Below the pieces are notes generated by a model. That model was not told the origin of the DNA. It saw nothing but the letters and a program-made list of their open reading frames with translations, and made no database searches. 42,337 nucleotides of DNA, taken from NCBI GenBank assembly GCA_018062605.1, contig JAGORW010000001.1, positions 1 through 42,337 of the forward strand, written 5' to 3'. The stretch comes from Candidatus Woesebacteria bacterium (GTDB lineage: Bacteria > Patescibacteriota > Microgenomatia > UBA1406 > HO2-37-13b). This document shows, in pieces, positions 23,888 through 31,835 of the stretch (positions are counted from its first letter, which is position 1; each line of letters begins with the position of its first letter). A program made the translations under genes and the position numbers.

Positions 23888-25309
23888 TTATTCAGTTTTT
23901 TTAGATGTAATAACTTCAATTATAGCATTGTGAAGCCTAAAGATGTTGCTGGCACCCATTGTGAGAATAACATCTCCATGATGCAGTTCTTCCCGCAAAA
24001 TATATGAGACTTTCTCTTCATCAAGATACTCAACATGTTCATACCCTTTATTCTGAGCATAATCCACAATATCCTGAGAACCAACTGAATCTGCGGTTTG
24101 AGTCTCACGAGCAGATGCATATACATCCAAAATAAAAGCCTTATCAGCAATCTGTAAGACTTCAGCAAAGTCTACTTTGAAAGCTTCCGTACGAGAAAAT
24201 GTATGAGGTTGGAACAGCACGATAATTCTCCTATTTGGATATGTCATCCGAGCTCCTCTTAATGTTTCCCTAATTTCCGATGGGTGATGAGCATAATCAT
24301 CTATGAGAATGTAATCGTCACTTTCATAAACATGTTCAAACCTTCTTTTTGAGCCAGTAAAAGTAGCAACATGTTTTTTAATATCCTGGAGATTGAAACC
24401 CTTAAGATACAAAAGAATAATCGCACCAGTAATGTTTTTCACATTATGCTCTCCAGATAGGTGAGATCTCCAATCGCCTGTGTTTTGTCCATCAAGTGTA
24501 AGTGAGAAAACAGTCATTCCGTTATCCACATGAATATCAGAGATCTGAGCAAAGTGCCCAGCTGTAGTGCTATAGCCATATATATTTACATCGGTTATCG
24601 ATTGTGCGACCTCTGATAAAGCTCGTTCATCTGCACAATACATCAATGCCCCATCTGCTGGGAGTTTTTCAAAAAAAGAGCGAAAGGCTACTTTCGTATC
24701 ATCAATGGATTTATATATATCCACATGATCATGCTCGATATTTGTGCAAAGAATATGTGTTGGATTTTGGAACATAAATCGAGGAGTGTTATCTGTTCCA
24801 GGTGATGCAGCGTATTCATCAGATTCAACAACAAAATATTCATCACCTGTGTAATCTCCTCCTGGTAATCCTGAAAATGATGGAGCCCCTACTTGATATC
24901 CACATGGCGCATCCATTTTTACCAATAAATATGCAAGCAATGAGGAAACGGTCGTTTTGCCATGCGTTCCACACACCGCAATTCGTGTCTTGAAATCATC
25001 CATAAGTTTCCCCAAACCTTCTGCATGTGTCATAACAGGAATGCTTTTTTCTCTTGCCGCTAATACTTCAGGATTTTTTAATCCACCATGAGCACCTGTA
25101 GTAATAACTAAATCAATCTCGGATGTTATATTTTCTATACCAAATGGTTTCACTTCAATGCCGACCTTTTCTAAGAGGGCATCAGCAGGCTCTCGTGTCT
25201 GAACATCGGCGCCCCAAACATGCTTCCCCATCTTTTTTAGAATTGCAGCAAGTGAAGACATTCCTGCGCCTTTTATCCCGAGCATATATATGTTTGTATA
25301 GTTGTCCAT
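23888..25309 (-). CDS. murC: UDP-MurNAc:L-alanine ligase MurC
   Basis: GIKGAGMSSLA, P-loop CGTHGKTT, DDYAHHPSEI. Confidence 0.93.
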   Translation of the reverse strand: MDNYTNIYMLGIKGAGMSSLAAILKKMGKHVWGADVQTREPADALLEKVGIEVKPFGIENITSEIDLVITTGAHGGLKNPEVLAAREKSIPVMTHAEGLGKLMDDFKTRIAVCGTHGKTTVSSLLAYLLVKMDAPCGYQVGAPSFSGLPGGDYTGDEYFVVESDEYAASPGTDNTPRFMFQNPTHILCTNIEHDHVDIYKSIDDTKVAFRSFFEKLPADGALMYCADERALSEVAQSITDVNIYGYSTTAGHFAQISDIHVDNGMTVFSLTLDGQNTGDWRSHLSGEHNVKNITGAIILLYLKGFNLQDIKKHVATFTGSKRRFEHVYESDDYILIDDYAHHPSEIRETLRGARMTYPNRRIIVLFQPHTFSRTEAFKVDFAEVLQIADKAFILDVYASARETQTADSVGSQDIVDYAQNKGYEHVEYLDEEKVSYILREELHHGDVILTMGASNIFRLHNAIIEVITSKKTE

Positions 25310-25310
25310 A

Positions 25311-26018
25311 TTATTTCATTATAAAACTCCAATTTCTGGTTCGTATGTCAGAAATATCATAATCTTTTCTATCATATGAAAAAAACATATCAGTTTCACA
25401 GCGTGTGCAATGAATATCCATATCAATGTGCTCTTCCTTAATTCCTTCCGCTTGATACTGCAATGCATTTAATCGAGGTAGACTTATATAGGTATTATCT
25501 CCATCTATTTGAGTAAAATCATCAAACCACTTGGTATATGTGCTCTTGAAATCCTCATATCTCTGATCATAAAGCCTGTTGCAACAATCTTGCAATGAAG
25601 GTCCAAGAGCCACTCGAATGTTATCCACTTGGCATCCACATGAAACAAGCTTTTCTACGGCAACTTTAGCCATATTGGCAATGGTGCCTCTCCATCCTTG
25701 ATGCGTTACTGCAGTAATCTGCGCAACCGGATCAAAGTATACTGCTGGAACGCAATCTGCTGTTTTGAGAAGTAAAACAACATCGGAAAGATCAGTAATC
25801 ATTCCATCTAGATTATCTATTCGTGTCATTTTCTCTTGAGGAGCATTTTTTATAACTTCAATAGTCGCACTGTGTACCTGTAACATTGAAATATAATTAT
25901 TGGCTTCAATTATTTCTTCAATCGGCGGAGTTTTTTTTGTGCCAAATCCTGAAATCACTCCAAGATCTTTTAAGAGAGAGGATTCAAAATACTGATGCTG
26001 ATCATTAAGTATAAACAT
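25311..26018 (-). CDS. pgeF: YfiH/PgeF (DUF152, purine nucleoside phosphorylase/peptidoglycan editing factor) family protein
   Basis: VHSA.., TADCVPAVY and THQGWRG motifs, and a C..C pair near the C-terminus. 235 aa. Confidence 0.85.
   Translation of the reverse strand: MFILNDQHQYFESSLLKDLGVISGFGTKKTPPIEEIIEANNYISMLQVHSATIEVIKNAPQEKMTRIDNLDGMITDLSDVVLLLKTADCVPAVYFDPVAQITAVTHQGWRGTIANMAKVAVEKLVSCGCQVDNIRVALGPSLQDCCNRLYDQRYEDFKSTYTKWFDDFTQIDGDNTYISLPRLNALQYQAEGIKEEHIDMDIHCTRCETDMFFSYDRKDYDISDIRTRNWSFIMK
25318..25323 (-). promoter_or_regulatory. Possible internal -10 box (TATAAT) 8 nt upstream of the murC ATG
   Basis: Minus strand reads TATAAT-gaaataat-ATG(25309). Confidence 0.35.
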
Positions 26019-26024
26019 GTATTA

Positions 26025-27260
26025 TTATTTCTTTGCAATGGCCCTTTCTACGGCTTTATATTCATCCCAAGGAAATTCCTTCAATTTACGTGCAAGACTT
26101 TGTTCATGTCCTTTTCCAGTGAGTACTACTACATCTCCTTTTTGAGCAAAATCGATGGCAAATTCAATAGCCTTCTGACGATTTTTAATAATTGTGAAAG
26201 CCTTTCCATCAAAATTTCGCTCCTTAAGAACATCAGGCTCCATATAGCTAAAGCCTTTCTCATACAAGCCTGCACTCACCATTCGTGTGATCTTCATAAA
26301 ATCTTCAGTTCTATAATCTTCCTCAGTAATGATTGACACATCAGCATATGATCCACTCGATTTACCCATCTCAGGGCGCTTCACACTATCGCGAAGCCCT
26401 GCAGATCCAAACACATGGATAAGCGTATTACGTGGAGTCTTAAGGCCTTTCAAGAGCTGTGCAATTGAGTGGGGAGTATGAGCAAAATCAATATACACAG
26501 TAAAGTCCTTGTCATATACCTTATCCAGTCTGCCTTTTGGCAACGCAAACGTCTTGATTCCTTTGAGAATATCTTCAGCAGATAAACCCAACTCTTTGCA
26601 ACATGCATATGCTGCCAATATATTTTCACGATTGAATGTTTCTTTAATTGACGTTTTTATTTCATCAGACCAGTGCGTTGGTGCATTCTCATTGATTAAA
26701 GAATACGTGGTATATTTTTTGTGAGCTTTATCTAAAATGCCTTTAATCTGTTCGTACACATCCGCGTCCTCATTGATAATTACCTTTTTTGCATTCAAAA
26801 GAAGCTTTGCTTTAGTACGAACATACGCATCGAACGTTTTATGATAATCCAAATGCTCTGGCGTAATGTTCGTCAATACACCAACCTCATACTGTACACC
26901 CCACACTCTATGTTGATGTAGCGCATGAGAAGTAGTTTCTAAAACAAAGAATTCTGAGCCATTCGTGAGAGCTTGTGCAAGATTTTTCTGAACGACCCAA
27001 TGGTTTTCAGTTGTAAAGTGCAGACCTGTATCGCCAATATTCCCAGCTATGTCAGCCAACACTGTTGATGCCATTGAGACTTTTTTTCCGGCAGTTTTGA
27101 GAATGTGATAGATAAGATGAGAGGTTGTCGTTTTGCCATCAGTTCCTGTGACTCCAATAATGCGCATTTTACGACCCGGAAATCCATAGCGCACATTTGC
27201 TGCAATAGCGCCATATTTATGGACTTCGTTCTTTACAGCTCGCACAAGTGACTGATACAT
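26025..27260 (-). CDS. murE: MurE-like Mur ligase (UDP-MurNAc-L-Ala-D-Glu:diamino acid ligase) lacking the usual N-terminal domain
   Basis: P-loop GVTGTDGKTTT. ETTSHALHQHRV..LTNITPEHLDYH and VFGSAGLRDSVKRPEMG..ADVSIITEEDYRTED align by eye with E. coli MurE VFGCGGDRDKGKRPLMG..ADVAVVTDDNPRTEE. The start is ATG 27260 or TTG 27269 (ORF-track start). Confidence 0.8.
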   Translation of the reverse strand: MYQSLVRAVKNEVHKYGAIAANVRYGFPGRKMRIIGVTGTDGKTTTSHLIYHILKTAGKKVSMASTVLADIAGNIGDTGLHFTTENHWVVQKNLAQALTNGSEFFVLETTSHALHQHRVWGVQYEVGVLTNITPEHLDYHKTFDAYVRTKAKLLLNAKKVIINEDADVYEQIKGILDKAHKKYTTYSLINENAPTHWSDEIKTSIKETFNRENILAAYACCKELGLSAEDILKGIKTFALPKGRLDKVYDKDFTVYIDFAHTPHSIAQLLKGLKTPRNTLIHVFGSAGLRDSVKRPEMGKSSGSYADVSIITEEDYRTEDFMKITRMVSAGLYEKGFSYMEPDVLKERNFDGKAFTIIKNRQKAIEFAIDFAQKGDVVVLTGKGHEQSLARKLKEFPWDEYKAVERAIAKK

Positions 27261-27278
27261 AACGCTCAAAAATGACTA

Positions 27279-28934
27279 CTAATCTGGAGCTACATTATAC
27301 TCAACGAGCAGGTCTTTTGCTATCTCGAAGAACAAAGGAGCAGCCGTTTCAGATGCCCATTGAGACGTTTCTGGTTGATTCAATGTTACGAGCATAATGA
27401 ATTTAGGCTTTTTAACCGGAGCAAATCCGATATACGATGCATAGGTTTTAGATTCATCATACGTACCTTCCAATGCAATTTGAGCTGTTCCAGTCTTCCC
27501 TCCCATTTCATATCCATCGGGTACTTTCCACTTCGCTTCTCCATGTTTAACAGTTGCACGAAGCATCTCTTTAATTTGGGTAGAGGTTCTATCACTGACA
27601 ATCCTTTTTATTTTCTTAGGAGTAATTTCTTGTTTGTCTCCATTTTCTGATGTAAGAGATTTCACGACATGCGGTTGCATCAACCATCCACCATTAATAA
27701 TAGAAGAAAACGCAGCAATCATTTGAATCTGAGTAACTGCAATCCCTTGACCAAATGTTGCCGTCGCATAATCAATGGGATACCATTTCGGTTTAATATA
27801 ACTTGGAGCTTCACCTTGAATATCAATATTGGTAGCTTTACCAAAGCCAAATTCGTTAATGTATTCCTTCACCTTATCGTTGCCCAACTTTTCTCCTATG
27901 TAGACCATACCAACGTTTGAAGAGGTCTCAAGAATTTGAGTCATCGTGGTTTTACCATGATATTTATTGTCCCAAGTGCGAATAAAGTAGCCACCAATTT
28001 TGATTGGACCTTCTTCATCGAATGTATCTTTTGGCTTAATAGCTTTTTCTTCCAACGCTGCTGCTACAATTAAGGGTTTAAAAATGGAACCTGGTTCAAA
28101 GCTGTTAGAAATAATGGGATTTTTGAACACCTTCTCATCAAAGTCTTTATATGCAACGGGATCAAAATCAGGTAAGCAGGTCATAGCAAGAATTTCTAGC
28201 GTAAATGGATCTGCAACTGTCACACATCCACTTTGAGCTTTATACGTATCCAAGGCTTTCTTGAGCTTCATCTTGGCAATTACTTGAGTACTTTTATCAA
28301 TAGTCAAAACGATTCTTCGACCATTTTCACCTCGAAGTTTATCCTGTGTACCAATCACAATAGGCCTTCCAAGCACATCTCGTTCCGTCTTTAAAATACC
28401 TGGCAACCCCTCTAAATCCTTATTGTAGTACCCTTCAACCCCAAAGTACCCAATACCATCCCCATCCTGATCTTTACCCACAAAGCCTGTTAGATGAGCA
28501 GCTAGAGAAGCCTCTGGATAAAAACGCCTACTTGTTTCATCAAAACCGAGACCATGGATTTTAAGACGCTCAACAGATTGCTTCTGATCTTCTGACAAAT
28601 CCTTTGCAAGTGCAATCCACGATTTATCTCCCTTCAACTTAGCTTCAAGAGTTGCCTCTCCAATTGCCAATGTTTCATCTAATTGTCTAATTGTCGCATC
28701 CTTATTTTCCAAGACTTTAGGTTCAGCAAAGAGGGTATAGCGTGTCTCATTAACCACAATAGGCTCTTCATTCCTATCTGTAATAATGCCCCTTAATGGC
28801 GTTATGCGAACCGTCCTCAAATAATCATTAGAAGAAAAAGAATCTGAAGCCAGAACTTGTACGTAAAAAAGTCGAAGAATAATGATAAAGAGTAGTATGC
28901 AAAAAAAGGTAAAAACGATATGAAGCCGATTCAT
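27279..28934 (-). CDS. ftsI: Class B penicillin-binding protein (FtsI-type transpeptidase)
   Basis: N-terminal TM helix, PBP dimerisation domain, and the SIFK (SxxK), SSN (SxN) and KTGT motifs. Confidence 0.9.
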   Translation of the reverse strand: MNRLHIVFTFFCILLFIIILRLFYVQVLASDSFSSNDYLRTVRITPLRGIITDRNEEPIVVNETRYTLFAEPKVLENKDATIRQLDETLAIGEATLEAKLKGDKSWIALAKDLSEDQKQSVERLKIHGLGFDETSRRFYPEASLAAHLTGFVGKDQDGDGIGYFGVEGYYNKDLEGLPGILKTERDVLGRPIVIGTQDKLRGENGRRIVLTIDKSTQVIAKMKLKKALDTYKAQSGCVTVADPFTLEILAMTCLPDFDPVAYKDFDEKVFKNPIISNSFEPGSIFKPLIVAAALEEKAIKPKDTFDEEGPIKIGGYFIRTWDNKYHGKTTMTQILETSSNVGMVYIGEKLGNDKVKEYINEFGFGKATNIDIQGEAPSYIKPKWYPIDYATATFGQGIAVTQIQMIAAFSSIINGGWLMQPHVVKSLTSENGDKQEITPKKIKRIVSDRTSTQIKEMLRATVKHGEAKWKVPDGYEMGGKTGTAQIALEGTYDESKTYASYIGFAPVKKPKFIMLVTLNQPETSQWASETAAPLFFEIAKDLLVEYNVAPD

Positions 28935-28937
28935 ACC

Positions 28938-29282
28938 TTATGGTACCAGTGCAACCTCGTTTGAATCAAGGAACAGAGGCTCAGCAGTTTTAGTAAAACC
29001 GAGCTGATCTGCAAGTTCCTGTAAGTTTGAGATTGAATTTTGAGTGTACACTTTTTGTTCTAAGTGAGAATTTTCTTTTCTCAAAGCCGTCGTTTTGCTT
29101 TCAAGATTCACGATGCCATCAGAAATTCGTACGGTTTGCGCGAAGGTCAATACATTTGCAGAAAGAAGCATGATGAACAGAACAGCTGCAAAAACTTTCA
29201 TAGCAATAGATTTCTTTGCAGTCACATGAGGAGTTTCAATATGTGCAACTCTCCCTGAAGAATATCGTGAAATTCTGTTCAT
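28938..29282 (-). CDS. ftsL: FtsL-like division protein (single TM plus short coiled coil)
   Basis: 114 aa with a TM helix (VFAAVLFIMLLSANVLTF) followed by a heptad-like LRKENSHLEQKV. It occupies the canonical slot between rsmH and ftsI. Confidence 0.55.
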   Translation of the reverse strand: MNRISRYSSGRVAHIETPHVTAKKSIAMKVFAAVLFIMLLSANVLTFAQTVRISDGIVNLESKTTALRKENSHLEQKVYTQNSISNLQELADQLGFTKTAEPLFLDSNEVALVP

Positions 29283-30121
29283 ATTTTTGTGATAACTCGT
29301 AATAATGCTGATCGTTCAAATGATTTGCCCTGTTTAGCTCTTAGAGCCTTTTTAGTAGCGTTCAATTTATTAAAACGGATCAAATTTTTAATGTATCTAT
29401 CTTCTGTTGGGTGAAATGACAAAATGATCATTTTTCCACCAGGTTTTAAACATTCGTATCCACCCATAATTCCGTTTTCGATGTTTTGTAGTTCTTCATT
29501 GACTTCCATGCGAATCGCCTGGAAGATCTTTGCCATCGTTCCATTCGATTTATTAACTGTTTGGATTGCTTTTTTCAGATCTCCAACTGTGCGGAGATGC
29601 TTTACACGACGTTGCTGGTCAATAGCGTGTACAATTGCCCGAGAATTGACCTCTTCACTATATTTCGAAAATATGTCATATAACTGGTCTGTCGAATAAC
29701 TATTAACAACATGAGCAGCTGTGAGAATAATCTTTTCATTAATTCTCATATCCAGAGGCTCATCCTCTTGATCTTTCTCATAGCTAAAACCTCTTTGTGA
29801 TTGACGAATTTGCCACATTGACAAACCCAAATCAAATAAAATTCCATCCACTGGCAGAAATTTGTTTTTCTCTGCTATCTTCTTAATATCTGCGTAGTTT
29901 CCAAGAGCTAAGGTAATACCATCATGATCTGTAAGCTTCTGAGCATCGATAGACTCATCATCCCAATCAATGCCTAATACTTTTCCACCTTGTTCCACAA
30001 TCGCCCTGCTATGGCCACCAAGACCATACGTTGCGTCGATATACTTTCCCCCTGGGATAACCCCAAGCTCTTCGATAACCTTTTGTAAAAGTACTGGTGT
30101 GTGTTGTGTATTCATATTCAT
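29279..30121 (-). CDS. rsmH: 16S rRNA (cytosine1402-N4)-methyltransferase RsmH/MraW
   Basis: HTPVLL and DATYGLGGHS motifs. The ORF-track start 30127 is TTG; I used the first ATG at 30121. Confidence 0.92.
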   Translation of the reverse strand: MNMNTQHTPVLLQKVIEELGVIPGGKYIDATYGLGGHSRAIVEQGGKVLGIDWDDESIDAQKLTDHDGITLALGNYADIKKIAEKNKFLPVDGILFDLGLSMWQIRQSQRGFSYEKDQEDEPLDMRINEKIILTAAHVVNSYSTDQLYDIFSKYSEEVNSRAIVHAIDQQRRVKHLRTVGDLKKAIQTVNKSNGTMAKIFQAIRMEVNEELQNIENGIMGGYECLKPGGKMIILSFHPTEDRYIKNLIRFNKLNATKKALRAKQGKSFERSALLRVITKI

Positions 30122-30127
30122 TCTCAA

Positions 30128-30526
30128 CTACATGTCTACCTTCTTCAGATACTCATTCCATGTAACTTCATCCCAAACCTCAAAGTGATCACCTACTCCA
30201 ATGACCTTGACCTTTTCAGATGAAAGACCCATAAATTCGGTCAAAGACTTTGGAATAACTAATCTCCCTTGGTCATCAATAACTATTTCCTGTGCTCCTG
30301 AGAACAGAACACGTCTTTTATCAATATGTTCTTTATCAAGGAGCGATACCTGCATCAGTTCAGCGGATCTCTTCTGCCAATCATCTCTATCGTATCCAGC
30401 AAGACATACATCAAATCCCTTCGTTAAGACAAACACATCCCCTTTCAAATTTTCCCGAATCTTCTTTGGAATGGCGATTCTGCCACCCTCAGTTACCGAT
30501 ACTGTATATTCACCAAAAAACACCAT
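30128..30526 (-). CDS. mraZ: Transcriptional regulator MraZ
   Basis: FGEY.., and two SpoVT/AbrB-like halves with GGRIAIPKKIRE and QGRLVIPKSLTE. 132 aa, first gene of the dcw cluster. Confidence 0.93.
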   Translation of the reverse strand: MVFFGEYTVSVTEGGRIAIPKKIRENLKGDVFVLTKGFDVCLAGYDRDDWQKRSAELMQVSLLDKEHIDKRRVLFSGAQEIVIDDQGRLVIPKSLTEFMGLSSEKVKVIGVGDHFEVWDEVTWNEYLKKVDM

Positions 30527-30534
30527 CTAGATCC

Positions 30535-30564
30535 ATATTACACCAGTTGTTACACGTCTGTCAA
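30535..30564 (-). promoter_or_regulatory. Candidate mraZ (dcw) promoter, leaderless geometry
   Basis: Minus strand reads TTGACA (30564-30559), 18-nt spacer, TAATAT (30540-30535), then 8 nt to ATG 30526. Confidence 0.55.
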
Positions 30565-30614
30565 CACTAAAACAAGGAAGATTTAGCCTCACGCTCGAGT
30601 ATATAGTAATTTGA

Positions 30615-30650
30615 TGTGGATCATAGTGGATAGAAGTGGTATTTATAGGA
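30615..30650 (+). promoter_or_regulatory. Direct GTGG repeats at an exact 10-bp period. Candidate MraZ operator.
   Basis: tGTGGAtcat aGTGGAtaga aGTGGTattt atAGGAtc, with GTGG at 30616, 30626 and 30636 and a degenerate fourth unit at 30646. Confidence 0.45.
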
Positions 30651-30665
30651 TCAGCAAGTGACCTA

Positions 30666-30695
30666 TAGACATTTTGTGCGGTAAAGTGATAAAAT
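30666..30695 (+). promoter_or_regulatory. Candidate promoter of the 30762 gene
   Basis: TAGACA (30666-30671), 18-nt spacer, TGaTAAAAT (extended -10; hexamer at 30690-30695). This predicts a leader of about 60 nt with the RBS AAAGGAG (30748-30754). Confidence 0.45.
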
Positions 30696-30761
30696 ATATT
30701 CTAGTTGTAATACAACAAAGTACCTTTACAGAAACCTCTGTTACACTAAAAGGAGCTTAGA

Positions 30762-31247
30762 GTGAAGCCAACGACCGATGCCGTTTGGAAGGCTTTAATG
30801 AATGATTGGGACTTCGTCACTTTGCCTGACTCGGTGAAGTTAGCTATTCGCCCCATTATTGACAAGATCCCTGATGTATTAGAAAACTTGCTTGAAAAGC
30901 CAGCAAACTTTGAGACTATGGTACAGGCACGCTTGCGAGTCATGGATCTTTTTTATGACGACGATTATGCGTATTTTTTCTCAGATGCGATGCCGGATGA
31001 TTTTCTTCGAGATGAGATCCATCACGCCCAACGCGATCGTATCGAGACCACAAGGGCTATTCTTTATTCTATTTCACTTTTTCCGAGTGACTTTCTTACA
31101 AGAATTGGCAGTACAGATAGGGAAGTAATGCTCAGTAGGTCTATGGGGCTCGTAGGTGAAGCAAGAGAGTTGTATCTTTATGGGAAACTCACAGTTGGTG
31201 AACTTCTCACTATACAACCGAGAACAATAATTGAGGAATATAAGTAA
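30762..31247 (+). CDS. Hypothetical acidic cytoplasmic protein (161 aa)
   Basis: GTG start 7 nt after AAAGGAG, and a clean ORF followed by an intrinsic terminator. I recognise no family. Confidence 0.6.
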   Translation: MKPTTDAVWKALMNDWDFVTLPDSVKLAIRPIIDKIPDVLENLLEKPANFETMVQARLRVMDLFYDDDYAYFFSDAMPDDFLRDEIHHAQRDRIETTRAILYSISLFPSDFLTRIGSTDREVMLSRSMGLVGEARELYLYGKLTVGELLTIQPRTIIEEYK

Positions 31248-31255
31248 TTTGCCAT

Positions 31256-31294
31256 GCGCGGCGCAGGTTAACCCCTGTGACCGCGCTTTTTTTT
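31256..31294 (+). terminator. Rho-independent terminator
   Basis: GCGCGG (31256-31261) pairs with CCGCGC (31281-31286), followed by T8 (31287-31294). It lies 9 nt after the stop codon of the 30762 gene. On the minus strand it has only an upstream A-tract. Confidence 0.7.
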
Positions 31295-31322
31295 GCACCT
31301 TATAGCAAAAAATAGAGCTGGG

Positions 31323-31808
31323 TTAGAGGTCGAAATCCCCTTTATACAGCTTTGAACCGTAATCTCCTTTGAATTTAAGCTCCACAGTAACCTTGCTCAT
31401 AATTTTGTCGTATTTACACGTGCCAGATGAACACGTTCCTAATGTAACTTCTTTGGTAACCTTGGACGTTTTTGAATCAAGAACGAAGTCGCCATTTACT
31501 CCATTAAGAACTGTTTGTCCTTCAACATCTGCTTCATATGTCAATCCATATTCGATGCCAGTTGTCCCAGTTGGATAGTTATCAACTGTCAGAACTGCTT
31601 CGTGGAGCAATTTGTCTGCAGTAAGTGTTACCAAAACCGAAGAATCAACGGTTGGAATAACTACATTGTCTGGGAGAGTTGAGGTATCATTGACAGATTT
31701 TTTGCCAGCTGCTCCACCCCGTGAAGTTAGAAGGAAACCTCCAACAACAAGAACCAATACAATAACACCTGTAACCATAACGTTCTTATTTTTCATAATA
31801 TTTTCCAT
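31323..31808 (-). CDS. Hypothetical membrane-anchored/exported protein (161 aa)
   Basis: N-terminal hydrophobic segment VMVTGVIVLVLVVGGFLL followed by a beta-rich Thr/Val/Gly domain with GTCSSGTC. No family recognised. Confidence 0.6.
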   Translation of the reverse strand: MENIMKNKNVMVTGVIVLVLVVGGFLLTSRGGAAGKKSVNDTSTLPDNVVIPTVDSSVLVTLTADKLLHEAVLTVDNYPTGTTGIEYGLTYEADVEGQTVLNGVNGDFVLDSKTSKVTKEVTLGTCSSGTCKYDKIMSKVTVELKFKGDYGSKLYKGDFDL

Positions 31809-31835
31809 AGTAGTTCTGTGTAAAGAATTAAGTAA

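Noticed and set aside
30201-30570. Plus-strand ORFs (109 and 92 aa) antisense to mraZ
   Set aside because: They lie entirely within or overlap the confidently identified mraZ CDS and its promoter. They have no independent support.
30615-30633. DnaA boxes / oriC in the mraZ upstream region
   Set aside because: Two units resemble TGTGGATAA (8/9 and 7/9). However, the strict 10-bp direct phasing with a GTGG core next to mraZ fits the MraZ operator better. No further DnaA boxes or DUE are visible. This is kept as an alternative reading in the MraZ operator finding.
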